Shown here piece after piece: positions 1 through 8,203 of a stretch of 19,466 nucleotides of DNA. The position numbers and the translations under genes are program-made. Source of the DNA: a virus (taxonomy: Duplodnaviria > Heunggongvirae > Uroviricota > Caudoviricetes); IMG/VR virus record IMGVR_UViG_2531839662_000028, positions 1-19,466 of that record; one strand, 5' to 3'. Positions within the stretch are counted from its first letter, which is position 1; each line of letters starts with the position of its first letter. Under the pieces are notes generated by a model. The model made no database searches. It was not told the origin of the DNA and saw only the letters and a list, made by a program, of their open reading frames with translations.

Positions 1-510
1 TTATACGGATTTTTTTACATCTTGTGGATCCTGTGAAGGAGCTACAAGATCTTCCTGTTCATGAACGCCATAGATTGACAAAATCTCTTTGCGAGCTTCT
101 GAGGGTAATGTATGTAGCACCAAAGCTGTTTGTAGCGTTTGGCGATCAATGCCCAACATTGCCAATAGGGTATCAGCAGATATAGGGGGGCGTTCATGCA
201 TTAACCCGGAAAGCCCGTATTTAGCCATATTCAGCTCTATTTCCCGGACTTCATTTTCTCCTAATTTATTGATTAATATGGAGAACATCTTCAATGTATC
301 AGCATTCATTTCTTCGATAGACGTTCCCTGCATAGCTGGTATTACCGGGAGATACTCAACCCCAGGCCCACGACGCCCTTCTTGCGAACGCTTAGGCCAT
401 CCTTCTTTCTTCGCTCGTTTGTGCACGCCTTGTATTGTTCCTGGCATTCCGTCCAGTTCAGTAATTTGTTTGGGCGTCATCCACTGGTTTATCTCTCTTG
501 AACTTTTCAT
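1..510 (-). CDS. c: Mu-type immunity repressor (Repc-like), 169 aa
   Basis: Minus-strand ORF with start codon (CAT on +) at 508-510 and stop at 1-3. N-terminus MKS...GMPG..GVH.RA..GW.KR...G..EY matches the Mu repressor DNA-binding domain pattern and visibly parallels the N-terminus of the adjacent transposase. Divergent from ner/A/B as in Mu; AT-rich. Confidence 0.85.
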   Translation of the reverse strand: MKSSREINQWMTPKQITELDGMPGTIQGVHKRAKKEGWPKRSQEGRRGPGVEYLPVIPAMQGTSIEEMNADTLKMFSILINKLGENEVREIELNMAKYGLSGLMHERPPISADTLLAMLGIDRQTLQTALVLHTLPSEARKEILSIYGVHEQEDLVAPSQDPQDVKKSV

Positions 511-541
511 AAACTAAGTTTACCAAAATTATATGTATATA

Positions 542-554
542 AATCAAAGTGTTA
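542..554. promoter_or_regulatory. Candidate IHF-binding site (matches WATCAANNNNTTR)
   Basis: Sequence AATCAAAGTGTTA fits the IHF consensus exactly. In Mu an IHF site lies between operators O1 and O2 in this interval. Consensus match only. Confidence 0.4.
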
Positions 555-618
555 CAAAATAAATCACACCAACTCATATAAACTAGTTGAGTTTATTTGG
601 TTTATGTGACAATGTATA

Positions 619-648
619 AAACAGATAATCAAGACAGATTATCTGTTT
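619..648. promoter_or_regulatory. Perfect 12-bp inverted repeat AAACAGATAATC-(6)-GATTATCTGTTT, candidate operator for a dimeric regulator (Ner or repressor)
   Basis: Read directly from sequence. Lies about 45 bp upstream of the ner start, in the position where Ner/repressor operators lie in Mu-family phages. Confidence 0.5.
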
Positions 649-690
649 TGATAACCCTTTATCATACGCAATATGGTTGATGTGTGAAAG

Positions 691-927
691 ATGAGTAACG
701 ATTGGCATCGGGCTGACGTGATTGCGGCCCTCAAAAAAACAGGAATCCCTCTGGCAAAACTGTCCAGACGTTCAGGTTATTCAACCGGGACACTCGCAAA
801 TGCATTAGTCAGGCCATGGCCCAAAGGTGAACGTATCATTGCTGATGCCTTAAACATGAAACCTGAAGAAATTTGGCCTAGTAGATATCTAAGGGATCAC
901 AATGAGAGAGTGGATATCAGCAATTGA
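691..927 (+). CDS. ner: Ner-like DNA-binding early regulator, 78 aa
   Basis: Small ORF directly downstream of the operator region. Residues [13 protein letters not shown]...TLANAL...WPKGE.IIA.AL...PE.IWPSRY match the Ner family pattern; first gene of the rightward early operon as in Mu. Confidence 0.8.
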
Positions 928-2890
928 GTGTGCGGGTTTATCTGGTTTACCTGGTTCATTAATGGGGATTCACAAAAGGGCACAGAGAGAAGGATGGCTC
1001 AAGAGAAGAAGAGAAGGAATTAAAGGGGTTGCTTATGAATACCATATATCTTCTCTTCCTAACTCTGCCCGAGCTGAGTTTTTGATCCAACAAGGGGGAA
1101 TTGAAACAAGCCTGGGCCGTTTTGAAATCGCCCGCCCCACGCTGGAAGCCCATGATTATGATCGTGAGGCACTGTGGAGCAAATGGGATAACGCCAGCGA
1201 TTCCCAGCGCAGACTTGCTGAAAAATGGTTGCCTGCGGTTCAGGCTGCAGACGAAATGCTGAACCAGGGGATTTCAACGAAAACGGCATTTGCGACCGTT
1301 GCTGGACATTACCAGGTCAGCGCATCCACTTTGCGGGACAAATATTACCAGGTACAGAAGTTTGCGAAGTCTGACTGGGCGGCTGCGCTTGTTGATGGCC
1401 GTGGTGCATCCCGTCGCAACGTTCACAAAAGTGAATTTGACGAGGATGCCTGGCAGTTTCTGATTGCAGATTATCTGCGACCGGAAAAACCCGCCTTTCG
1501 CAAATGTTATGAGCGTCTGGAACTGGCAGCACGTGAGCATGACTGGAATATTCCCTCCCGTGCCACGGCCTTTCGCCGGATTCAGCAACTGGACGAGGCA
1601 ATGGTTGTTGCCTGCCGTGAAGGTGAACATGCACTGATGCATCTGATACCGGCACAGCAACGAACTGTGGAACACCTGGACGCCATGCAGTGGATCAACG
1701 GCGACGGTTATCTGCATAACGTCTTTGTACGCTGGTTTAACGGTGATGTGATCCGCCCGAAAACATGGTTCTGGCAGGATGTGAAAACCCGAAAAATTCT
1801 GGGCTGGCGCTGCGATGTGAGCGAGAACATTGATTCAATTCGCCTCTCGTTCATGGATGTTGTGACTCGCTACGGTATCCCGGAGGATTTTCACATCACC
1901 ATTGATAACACCCGTGGTGCAGCGAATAAATGGCTGACGGGAGGCGCGCCCAATCGTTACCGCTTTAAGGTAAAAGAGGACGATCCAAAGGGACTGTTTT
2001 TACTGATGGGCGCGAAAATGCACTGGACAAGCGTTGTTGCCGGTAAAGGCTGGGGCCAGGCAAAACCTGTTGAACGTGCTTTCGGTGTTGGTGGGCTTGA
2101 GGAATACGTTGATAAGCATCCGGCACTGGCTGGCGCATATACGGGGCCAAATCCGCAGGCAAAACCTGATAACTATGGCGACCGCGCTGTTGATGCAGAG
2201 CTGTTTCTGAAAACCCTTGCCGAAGGTGTGGCGATGTTCAATGCCAGAACAGGCCGTGAAACAGAAATGTGCGGGGGCAAACTCTCGTTTGATGATGTTT
2301 TCGAGCGTGAATACGCCAGAACGATTGTGCGTAAGCCAACCGAAGAACAAAAACGGATGCTGTTACTGCCTGCCGAGGCGGTGAACGTTTCACGCAAAGG
2401 CGAGTTTACGCTTAAAGTTGGCGGCTCCCTTAAAGGCGCGAAAAACGTTTATTACAACATGGCGTTAATGAATGCCGGCGTGAAAAAAGTTGTGGTCAGG
2501 TTTGATCCACAGCAGTTACACAGCACGGTTTATTGTTACACCCTGGACGGTCGGTTTATCTGTGAAGCGGAATGTCTGGCACCTGTTGCATTTAATGATG
2601 CTGCGGCAGGCCGCGAATATCGCCGCCGCCAGAAACAACTGAAATCTGCAACTAAAGCAGCCATTAAGGCGCAGAAACAAATGGACGCACTGGAAGTTGC
2701 TGAACTGCTGCCGCAGATAGCCGAACCAGCAGCGCCAGAATCAAGGGTTGTTGGTATTTTCCGGCCTTCCGGTAACACGGTGCAGGTGAAATACCAGGAA
2801 CCCGATGATGAATATGAAACTGATCGTGATGAATATCTGAATCATTCGCTGGATATTCTGGAACAGAACAGACGTAAAAAAGCCATTTAA
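902..2890 (+). CDS. A: Mu-type DDE transposase A, 662 aa
   Basis: Length and order (c-ner-A-B) as in Mu. N-terminal winged-helix domain resembles the repressor N-terminus. Catalytic triad candidates in Mu-equivalent positions: D268 (codon GAC 1703-1705, INGDGY), D335 (TIDNTRG), E391 (KPVERAF). Start overlaps ner end; AAGGGA lies 7 nt upstream of the ATG. Confidence 0.95.
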
Positions 2891-2928
2891 TTAACGTTTA
2901 AACAAAATTTAATTACGAGGTTATTCAG

Positions 2929-3867
2929 ATGAATATTTCCGATATTCGCGCAGGACTGCGCACGCTTGTAGAAAGTGAAAAAGCGACTTATGCACAAATT
3001 GCACGCGAGTCTGGCGTGGCCGCAGGAACGTTAAGCGCATTCGTGAATAACAAGTACAACGGCGACAATGAACGTGTTGCGCAGACGCTGGAACGCTGGC
3101 TGGAGAACTATCACCGTGCCGCAGAGCTGCCAGAACCACCACGTTTTGTGGAAACCAGAACAGCACGCCAAATCTGGACGAGTATGCGTTTTGCCAGCCT
3201 GACTGAAAGTATTTCTGTTATCTGCGGTAATCCAGGTGTGGGAAAAACTGAAGCGGCCCGCGAATTTCGTCGCACCAATAACAATGTCTGGATGATCACC
3301 ATTACCCCATCCTGTGCCAGTGTTCTGGAATGCCTGACTGAACTGGCTTATGAACTGGGAATGAATGACGCACCACGCCGTAAGGGGCCACTCTCCCGCG
3401 CTTTGAGACGCCGTCTTGAAGGTACGCAGGGGCTGGTCATTATCGACGAAGCTGATCATCTTGGCGCTGAGGTTCTGGAAGAACTCCGCCTGTTACAGGA
3501 GTCCGCCCGTATTGGCCTTGTTCTGATGGGGAATCACCGTGTTTATTCAAACATGACCGGTGGTAACAGAACGGTTGAATTTGCCCGCCTGTTTTCCCGT
3601 ATTGCCAAACGGACGGCAATCAATAAAACCAAAATTGATGATGTAAAAGCCATTGCGGATGCCTGGCAAATTACCGGCGAAAACGAGCGGGAATTATTAC
3701 AGCAGATTGCACAAAAGCCAGGTGCGCTTCGCATCCTGAACCACTCGCTGCGCCTTGCTGCCATGACCGCCCACGGTAAAGGTGAACGTGTTAATGAAGA
3801 TTATCTGCGTCAGGCTTTCCGTGAATTAGACCTCGACGTTGATATTTCAACCCTGCTGCGCACGTAA
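2929..3867 (+). CDS. B: Mu B-type transposition target-DNA activator (AAA+ ATPase), 312 aa
   Basis: 312 aa, immediately downstream of A. Walker A motif GNPGVGKT and a Walker B-like LVIIDEAD are read directly in the translation. Confidence 0.93.
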   Translation: MNISDIRAGLRTLVESEKATYAQIARESGVAAGTLSAFVNNKYNGDNERVAQTLERWLENYHRAAELPEPPRFVETRTARQIWTSMRFASLTESISVICGNPGVGKTEAAREFRRTNNNVWMITITPSCASVLECLTELAYELGMNDAPRRKGPLSRALRRRLEGTQGLVIIDEADHLGAEVLEELRLLQESARIGLVLMGNHRVYSNMTGGNRTVEFARLFSRIAKRTAINKTKIDDVKAIADAWQITGENERELLQQIAQKPGALRILNHSLRLAAMTAHGKGERVNEDYLRQAFRELDLDVDISTLLRT

Positions 3868-3880
3868 GGAGAGCGAAATC

Positions 3881-4108
3881 ATGATGTCACGGAATATCAA
3901 AATGGCAACGGAAGTAAAGAGCTGGTTACAGGAGCGCGGCAGCCACGTCAACGAATCCTGGCTGGGCGTGGCCCGCCCGGTGCTTGAAATTACCTGCCCG
4001 CCACCGGAGCTGGTCAGAAACGCTGTCAGGATTATGGAGCATAAATCAGGGGTTGCCCGTTCCGTATGGACGGCCCGCCTTAATGGTTGCCAGATTATCT
4101 GGCGTTAA
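3881..4108 (+). CDS. Small early protein in the kil position (Kil-like), 75 aa
   Basis: First ORF after B, as for Mu kil. AGGAG at 3867-3871 precedes the ATG at 3881; the track's longer ORF from 3839 overlaps the B coding end and is less likely. Function assigned by position only. Confidence 0.55.
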   Translation: MMSRNIKMATEVKSWLQERGSHVNESWLGVARPVLEITCPPPELVRNAVRIMEHKSGVARSVWTARLNGCQIIWR

Positions 4109-4140
4109 TAACGGCTTATTTATTTGTGAGGAATAACAAA

Positions 4141-4410
4141 ATGGCAAAAGTAATCTTTGAATTTAACCGCATGGAAGATGTTGAGTTTCAGAAAAAAGGA
4201 GGTTTCTTTGTAGGAATGAGTGTGCAACTGGAAGAACAGTCTCCTAAGGAGCAAACCGGACCGCATGACGTGATGGCAGGCATTATCAAGAGCATGGCTC
4301 CTGAAATTATTGAAAAAGCAACCCAGGAGTTGTTGAAGTCAGCCAGAGAACTTGGGCTGGAAGCCGAAGGCGAGTTATTCCGGTATAACCCGGATGCAGC
4401 CAAACATTAA
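4141..4410 (+). CDS. Hypothetical early protein, 89 aa, acidic
   Basis: ORF with GAGGA-type RBS upstream of the ATG at 4141; the track's longer ORF from 4087 lacks an RBS. Within the semi-essential early block. Confidence 0.55.
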   Translation: MAKVIFEFNRMEDVEFQKKGGFFVGMSVQLEEQSPKEQTGPHDVMAGIIKSMAPEIIEKATQELLKSARELGLEAEGELFRYNPDAAKH

Positions 4411-4427
4411 TTTCAGGGAAGGAGGCA

Positions 4428-4717
4428 TGATGATAATCCCTCGCAAAAGATGGTCACGCGAAGACCGGGAATTTATCGAAGCCAGTGTCGGGAAAATGAC
4501 CGTCGAGGAAATGGCGAAAAAACTGAACGTTGCCCCAACCGCCCTACAGGCACATGCCAGAAGGCACGGAATATCGTTGTGTGCATACCGGGTCAGTGAG
4601 CACGACAAATATTTGTGTCGTGAACTTTATAAAGAAGGGCTGGCTATTCATGTCATTGCCCAAAAGATGGAATTAAGCAATCGTGCTGTATCCAGCATTG
4701 TATACAGCGAATATTAA
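4428..4717 (+). CDS. Hypothetical small protein with helix-turn-helix-like segments, 96 aa
   Basis: GGAAGGAGG RBS at 4417-4425 immediately upstream of the ATG at 4428. Segments MTVEEMAKKLNVAPTALQAHARRHGIS and IHVIAQKMELSNRAV look HTH-like. Confidence 0.55.
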
Positions 4718-4737
4718 TTAACAGGAGCTTTATTTAT

Positions 4738-5262
4738 ATGGCTAAACCAGCAAAACGAATCAAGAGTGCCGCAGCAGCTTATGTTCCGCAATCCCGCGAT
4801 GCCGTGGTGTGTGATATTCGCCGGATTGGTGACCTGCAACGCGAAGCGGCACGACTTGAAACGGAAATGAATGACGCTATCGCTGAAATTACTGAGAAAT
4901 ACGCCTCACAGATTGCGCCCCTTAAAACCAGTATTGAAACCCTTTCAAAAGGCGTTCAGGGATGGTGTGAAGCGAACCGCGACGAACTGACGAACGGCGG
5001 CAAGGTGAAGACGGCGAACCTGGTAACCGGCGATGTGTCATGGCGTCAGCGCCCACCATCGGTAAGTATTCGCGGTGTGGATGCGGTGATGGAAACGCTG
5101 GAGCGTCTTGGCCTGCAACGCTTTATTCGCACGAAACAGGAAATCAACAAGGAAGCGATTTTACTGGAACCGAAAGCAGTCGCAGGTGTCGCCGGAATTA
5201 CAGTTAAATCAGGCATTGAAGATTTTTCTATTATTCCGTTTGAACAGGAAGCCGGTATTTAA
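4738..5262 (+). CDS. gam: Gam-like host-nuclease inhibitor / DNA-end binding protein, 174 aa
   Basis: 174 aa, the Mu Gam length. Translation MAKPAKRIKSAAAAYVPQ...WCEANRDELTNGGKVKTANLVTGDVSWR matches my recollection of Mu Gam. AGGAG at 4721-4725. Confidence 0.88.
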   Translation: MAKPAKRIKSAAAAYVPQSRDAVVCDIRRIGDLQREAARLETEMNDAIAEITEKYASQIAPLKTSIETLSKGVQGWCEANRDELTNGGKVKTANLVTGDVSWRQRPPSVSIRGVDAVMETLERLGLQRFIRTKQEINKEAILLEPKAVAGVAGITVKSGIEDFSIIPFEQEAGI

Positions 5263-5304
5263 TACCACCATTAATATTTAATTAGTTCACTTTCTTTTAA
5301 TTAT

Positions 5305-5334
5305 GGCGCGATGCGTCAGGGGATTGCTCGCGCC
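5305..5334 (+). other. GC-rich hairpin (GGCGCGA / TCGCGCC, 16-nt loop) in the gam-downstream spacer, no T-tract
   Basis: Inverted repeat read directly from sequence in the 98-bp gap. Could be an RNA processing/stability element or protein site; not a canonical intrinsic terminator. Confidence 0.3.
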
Positions 5335-5360
5335 TGAAACAGATTACTGAGGAATAAAAA

Positions 5361-5903
5361 ATGGTTGATGCAAAAGTTCTGAATGGTGTCAGCACATTAT
5401 TACGGGCTTACGGGCGTCTGACCTGCGGGGTTCTGGCTGAAAAAATGAATATGCTGCCCTCGTCAATGGTGTATTTCCTGCGTGATGCGGTTGATGCCGG
5501 AGTTCTCACTGAATGTAACGGATTTTATGACGTTCCGCGCCCTCGTCCAACGCCGCCAGTAAGACGAAACGCAACAACGGAACACCCCGCTGTTGATAAT
5601 GCTCAATGGTGCGCGTTCCGCCGCTCTTTGCCCTGGCTGGAAGGCAATGCCATTCCGGCATTGGCAAAAGAATTTGCGACAGGCGTACTGACCTGCGAGT
5701 CGGTTTACATCGTTGCTGAAGTGGATGACGAGATGTGCAAACAGGGGATGCCCCGTTTTGTGATGGCGTATATCGATATCCGGCTGGGGCGCTTTATTTG
5801 TGGTTCCAGTGGCTGGAATATCACCGACCACGTCATGCGCTATCTCATTCTTGATTATTCACCAGCTCCGGCAGCAACACAGGAAGTCAGTGAACATGAT
5901 TAA
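5361..5903 (+). CDS. Hypothetical early protein, 180 aa
   Basis: ORF with GAGGA RBS (5349-5353) 7 nt upstream of the ATG; enterobacterial-type codon usage; no recognisable catalytic motif. Confidence 0.6.
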   Translation: MVDAKVLNGVSTLLRAYGRLTCGVLAEKMNMLPSSMVYFLRDAVDAGVLTECNGFYDVPRPRPTPPVRRNATTEHPAVDNAQWCAFRRSLPWLEGNAIPALAKEFATGVLTCESVYIVAEVDDEMCKQGMPRFVMAYIDIRLGRFICGSSGWNITDHVMRYLILDYSPAPAATQEVSEHD

Positions 5904-6078
5904 GTCAATTGGCTTTGTCCTGCTGGTTGGCACCTGCGGGAGTGATGCCTGTGATGCTATCCCGGCAACAGAAAAAATCTGGCCCACAGAGCAGGCATGT
6001 ATGCAGGTGATGGAGCGCATACAAAAACGTTATCCCAGTGGAATCTTTTATTGCGAAGAGGTATTACGAAATGAGTAA
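5896..6078 (+). CDS. Small predicted secreted or lipoprotein-like protein with four cysteines, 60 aa
   Basis: Internal ATG at 5896 overlaps the stop of the preceding gene. N-terminus MIKSIGFVLLVGTCGSD resembles a signal peptide with a non-canonical lipobox-like LVGTC. Confidence 0.45.
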   Translation: MIKSIGFVLLVGTCGSDACDAIPATEKIWPTEQACMQVMERIQKRYPSGIFYCEEVLRNE

Positions 6079-6433
6079 GCATATTTATTACGACCCTAAA
6101 TATCGGGCTGAAATGCGGGCGCAACTGGTTGTCAGTGGATATACACCGGAGCAGGCCGATACAACTCTGACAGAACTGATGGGTGAGCTTCCATTTGATG
6201 AAGCTGAATATGAATACTGGCTGAAGCAGTTCAGGCTGGAAATTCTGGAAAACACCACACTGCCATCGCTGATAAGAATAATAAAAAGCGTTATCGACAA
6301 TGCCTGCTACAACGGTGATTGCTTGGCCGCAGCAATTGCGACCCATGCTCTGGTGAATCTGCTGGAGGTTACCGGCGCAGTTTTCCTGAATCCTGAAAAG
6401 GTATTAAGAGATGAAAATACAGATGATTACTGA
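6071..6433 (+). CDS. Hypothetical acidic small protein, 120 aa
   Basis: ATG at 6071 overlaps the preceding stop. AT-rich relative to flanking genes; D+E clearly exceeds K+R. No recognisable motif. Confidence 0.55.
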   Translation: MSKHIYYDPKYRAEMRAQLVVSGYTPEQADTTLTELMGELPFDEAEYEYWLKQFRLEILENTTLPSLIRIIKSVIDNACYNGDCLAAAIATHALVNLLEVTGAVFLNPEKVLRDENTDDY

Positions 6434-6746
6434 TGCTGATTTAATGGCTGCAACCTTAATTTCCAGTGGCATGTCAGAACAAAAGGTAAATGATTTCCTG
6501 GATAATGTCGTATACCAGCACTATGAGCAGGCCAGAGAAAATTTAATTTCAGAAAAGCGCACGATGATTGCTGAATCATTAAGCCCTGCATGGATTATCG
6601 AAGAGTTGCGGGGAATCATTGCCAGTCAGGATAAAGTGGCGGCAGTTGCCGCCCTTGATGTGCTACAGCGAATGAGTAAAGAGCTATTCAACACTGAATT
6701 AATTTTAAAATCCGGGGGACATAATGAATCGCACATCCCTGATTAA
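6411..6746 (+). CDS. Hypothetical acidic small protein, 111 aa
   Basis: ORF overlapping both neighbours by ~23 nt; AT-rich; about 20 acidic versus 10 basic residues. Confidence 0.55.
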   Translation: MKIQMITDADLMAATLISSGMSEQKVNDFLDNVVYQHYEQARENLISEKRTMIAESLSPAWIIEELRGIIASQDKVAAVAALDVLQRMSKELFNTELILKSGGHNESHIPD

Positions 6747-7275
6747 ATTAATTCATGTTGCACGTCGGGAGTTGCAACTTGACGATGACACTTACCGCGC
6801 TTTTCTGGTGCAGTGCACGGGCAAAACCAGTTGTCGCGAGCTGTCCGTTGCACAACTGGAACAAGTGCTCGATGCCATGAAAGAGCGCGGTTTTAAGAAA
6901 CAGAAAAAATATCCCCGCCGTCGTTTTAAGGGGCATGTCACACCACGCGAGAAGATTTACAAAATCTGGCAGCAGATGTTTCTTGACGGTTTCGTCTCCG
7001 ATATCAGCGACGCTGCGCTGGACAAATACGTTGAGCGCCTGACAGCCAGACGTAATGGCGGACAGGGTGTTTCCACGCTGGCATGGTGTCACGGGGAATC
7101 GTTGCAGGTTGTGCTTGAAACGCTCAAACAGTGGCATATGCGCTGCATCCGTGAAGCCTTTGCCCGACATGGTGTGCCTTTACCTGTGAGCGAAACCGGG
7201 CGGGAGCTGCGCGGCTATGATGCACTGACCAGTGCGTATGCCCGCGCACGAAACAGCGGGAGAATTGCTGTATGA
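6724..7275 (+). CDS. gemA: GemA-like gene expression modulator (DUF1018-type), 183 aa
   Basis: 183 aa, directly upstream of and overlapping mor (ATGA overlap) as in Mu. Translation MNRTSLIKLIHVARRELQLDDDTYRAF... fits the GemA family pattern as I recall it. Confidence 0.8.
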   Translation: MNRTSLIKLIHVARRELQLDDDTYRAFLVQCTGKTSCRELSVAQLEQVLDAMKERGFKKQKKYPRRRFKGHVTPREKIYKIWQQMFLDGFVSDISDAALDKYVERLTARRNGGQGVSTLAWCHGESLQVVLETLKQWHMRCIREAFARHGVPLPVSETGRELRGYDALTSAYARARNSGRIAV

Positions 7276-7682
7276 AACAGATGAAAGAGCAGGATTTATT
7301 CGAAGACTTCCGGGACGACAGCGTTCTGGAATATCTTCACGATTATCAGGAAAAATATGTTTACCCGGCGCTACTTTCAGAACTGAATGCTCTGTTGCGA
7401 CAGGAACTGATAAGGCTTGGGGTTAACCCGGTCCATTCCCTTGAGTTGGTAGTGGCGATTTGTAATCATATCGGTGGGATTCAGGTATATGTTCCTAAAG
7501 GGAAAATACTGGAAAATCTTATCAGAGACATGCGCATCTGGCGTGATTTTGATGGGAAAAACGTAGCGGAACTGGTGCAGCGTTACAAAGTGACATACAA
7601 AACGGTATATCAAGCTATCAAAAGAATGCGAAGGCTGGAGCGTGGAAAATATCAAATGCAACTGTTTAAGGATGAGTCATGA
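7272..7682 (+). CDS. mor: Mor/C-family transcription activator (Mor by synteny), 136 aa
   Basis: Acidic N-terminus and C-terminal HTH (...NVAELVQRYKVTYKTVYQAIKRMRR...) typical of Mor/C activators. Position immediately after gemA. Confidence 0.85.
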   Translation: MKQMKEQDLFEDFRDDSVLEYLHDYQEKYVYPALLSELNALLRQELIRLGVNPVHSLELVVAICNHIGGIQVYVPKGKILENLIRDMRIWRDFDGKNVAELVQRYKVTYKTVYQAIKRMRRLERGKYQMQLFKDES

Positions 7683-8158
7683 AATACTTTCCTCTTATAC
7701 TTTTACTGAGCGTATTTTGCGCTAATGCGGCAAAGTTGCCAGCTGAAGATGTCATCAAAAAACGTCTGACAGAAAAAGATCTCATTGCACTAAATAGCTG
7801 GAAGCCTCTTAAGGGAGGCGATTCTATTAAGAACGGTGGAACTGAAACTGCTCACAGCAAATTCGGGGTATTTACGATCAATAATAAAGTCGTCAGCTCA
7901 AGGACGACGGTAAAGGATTTTGAAAACAATCCTTCAGGTGTGTTGTCTTCCTTTGTAGCATGCTCGCGGGTTGCAGAGTCAGCAATTGGTGAACTAACAG
8001 AGAAGCAGCAGAAACGAATTATTGACATGGTAGTTTCAGCTACAAAAGTTGAAGGGTATGGGTTAACTGACGTGATACAGGGTTTTCTCATGCAAACCAA
8101 ATTTCTCAAGATGGGTAACGATATGGTAATAGATTGCTCCATCAAAGGAGATGAGTAG
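7679..8158 (+). CDS. Secreted protein of unknown function, 159 aa (moron-like cargo)
   Basis: N-terminal signal peptide MKYFPLILLLSVFCANAA. Visibly lower GC than flanking genes. ATGA overlap with the mor stop; followed by a strong intrinsic terminator. Confidence 0.7.
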   Translation: MKYFPLILLLSVFCANAAKLPAEDVIKKRLTEKDLIALNSWKPLKGGDSIKNGGTETAHSKFGVFTINNKVVSSRTTVKDFENNPSGVLSSFVACSRVAESAIGELTEKQQKRIIDMVVSATKVEGYGLTDVIQGFLMQTKFLKMGNDMVIDCSIKGDE

Positions 8159-8177
8159 TTATCTTCCCTTAATTCAA

Positions 8178-8203
8178 TGAAGCCGGTAAATCCGGCTTTT
8201 TTT
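8178..8203 (+). terminator. Intrinsic terminator-like hairpin + T7 tract (TGAAGCCGG-TAAAT-CCGGCTTTTTTT), copy 1 of a repeated element
   Basis: 7-bp GC-rich stem, 5-nt loop, seven Ts, 20 nt after the stop of the secreted-protein gene and 56 nt before the endolysin start. Identical 26-mer recurs at 15904-15929. Confidence 0.65.

Larger units (their letters stand above)
511..690. promoter_or_regulatory. Immunity control region: operators and divergent promoters between c and ner (by analogy to Mu Pc/Pe, O1-O3 and transposition enhancer)
   Basis: 180-bp AT-rich intergenic spacer between divergently transcribed repressor and ner. Contains AACTAAGTTT (512-521), palindromic AACTAGTT (580-587) and a perfect 12-bp inverted repeat at 619-648. 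Exact operator and promoter positions not determined. Confidence 0.6.

Noticed and set aside
89-517. 142-aa + strand ORF antisense to the repressor gene
   Set aside because: Fully overlaps the repressor gene, which has a recognisable Mu-type DNA-binding domain; the + strand translation is Ser/Cys/Ile-rich without features.
3839-3880. Upstream start (3839) for the kil-like ORF
   Set aside because: It would overlap the last codons of B with no RBS, whereas AGGAG at 3867-3871 precedes the ATG at 3881.
7679-8158. Calling the secreted moron a specific toxin, effector or defence protein
   Set aside because: I recognise no catalytic motif or family signature in the translation; only the signal peptide, composition and context are supported.
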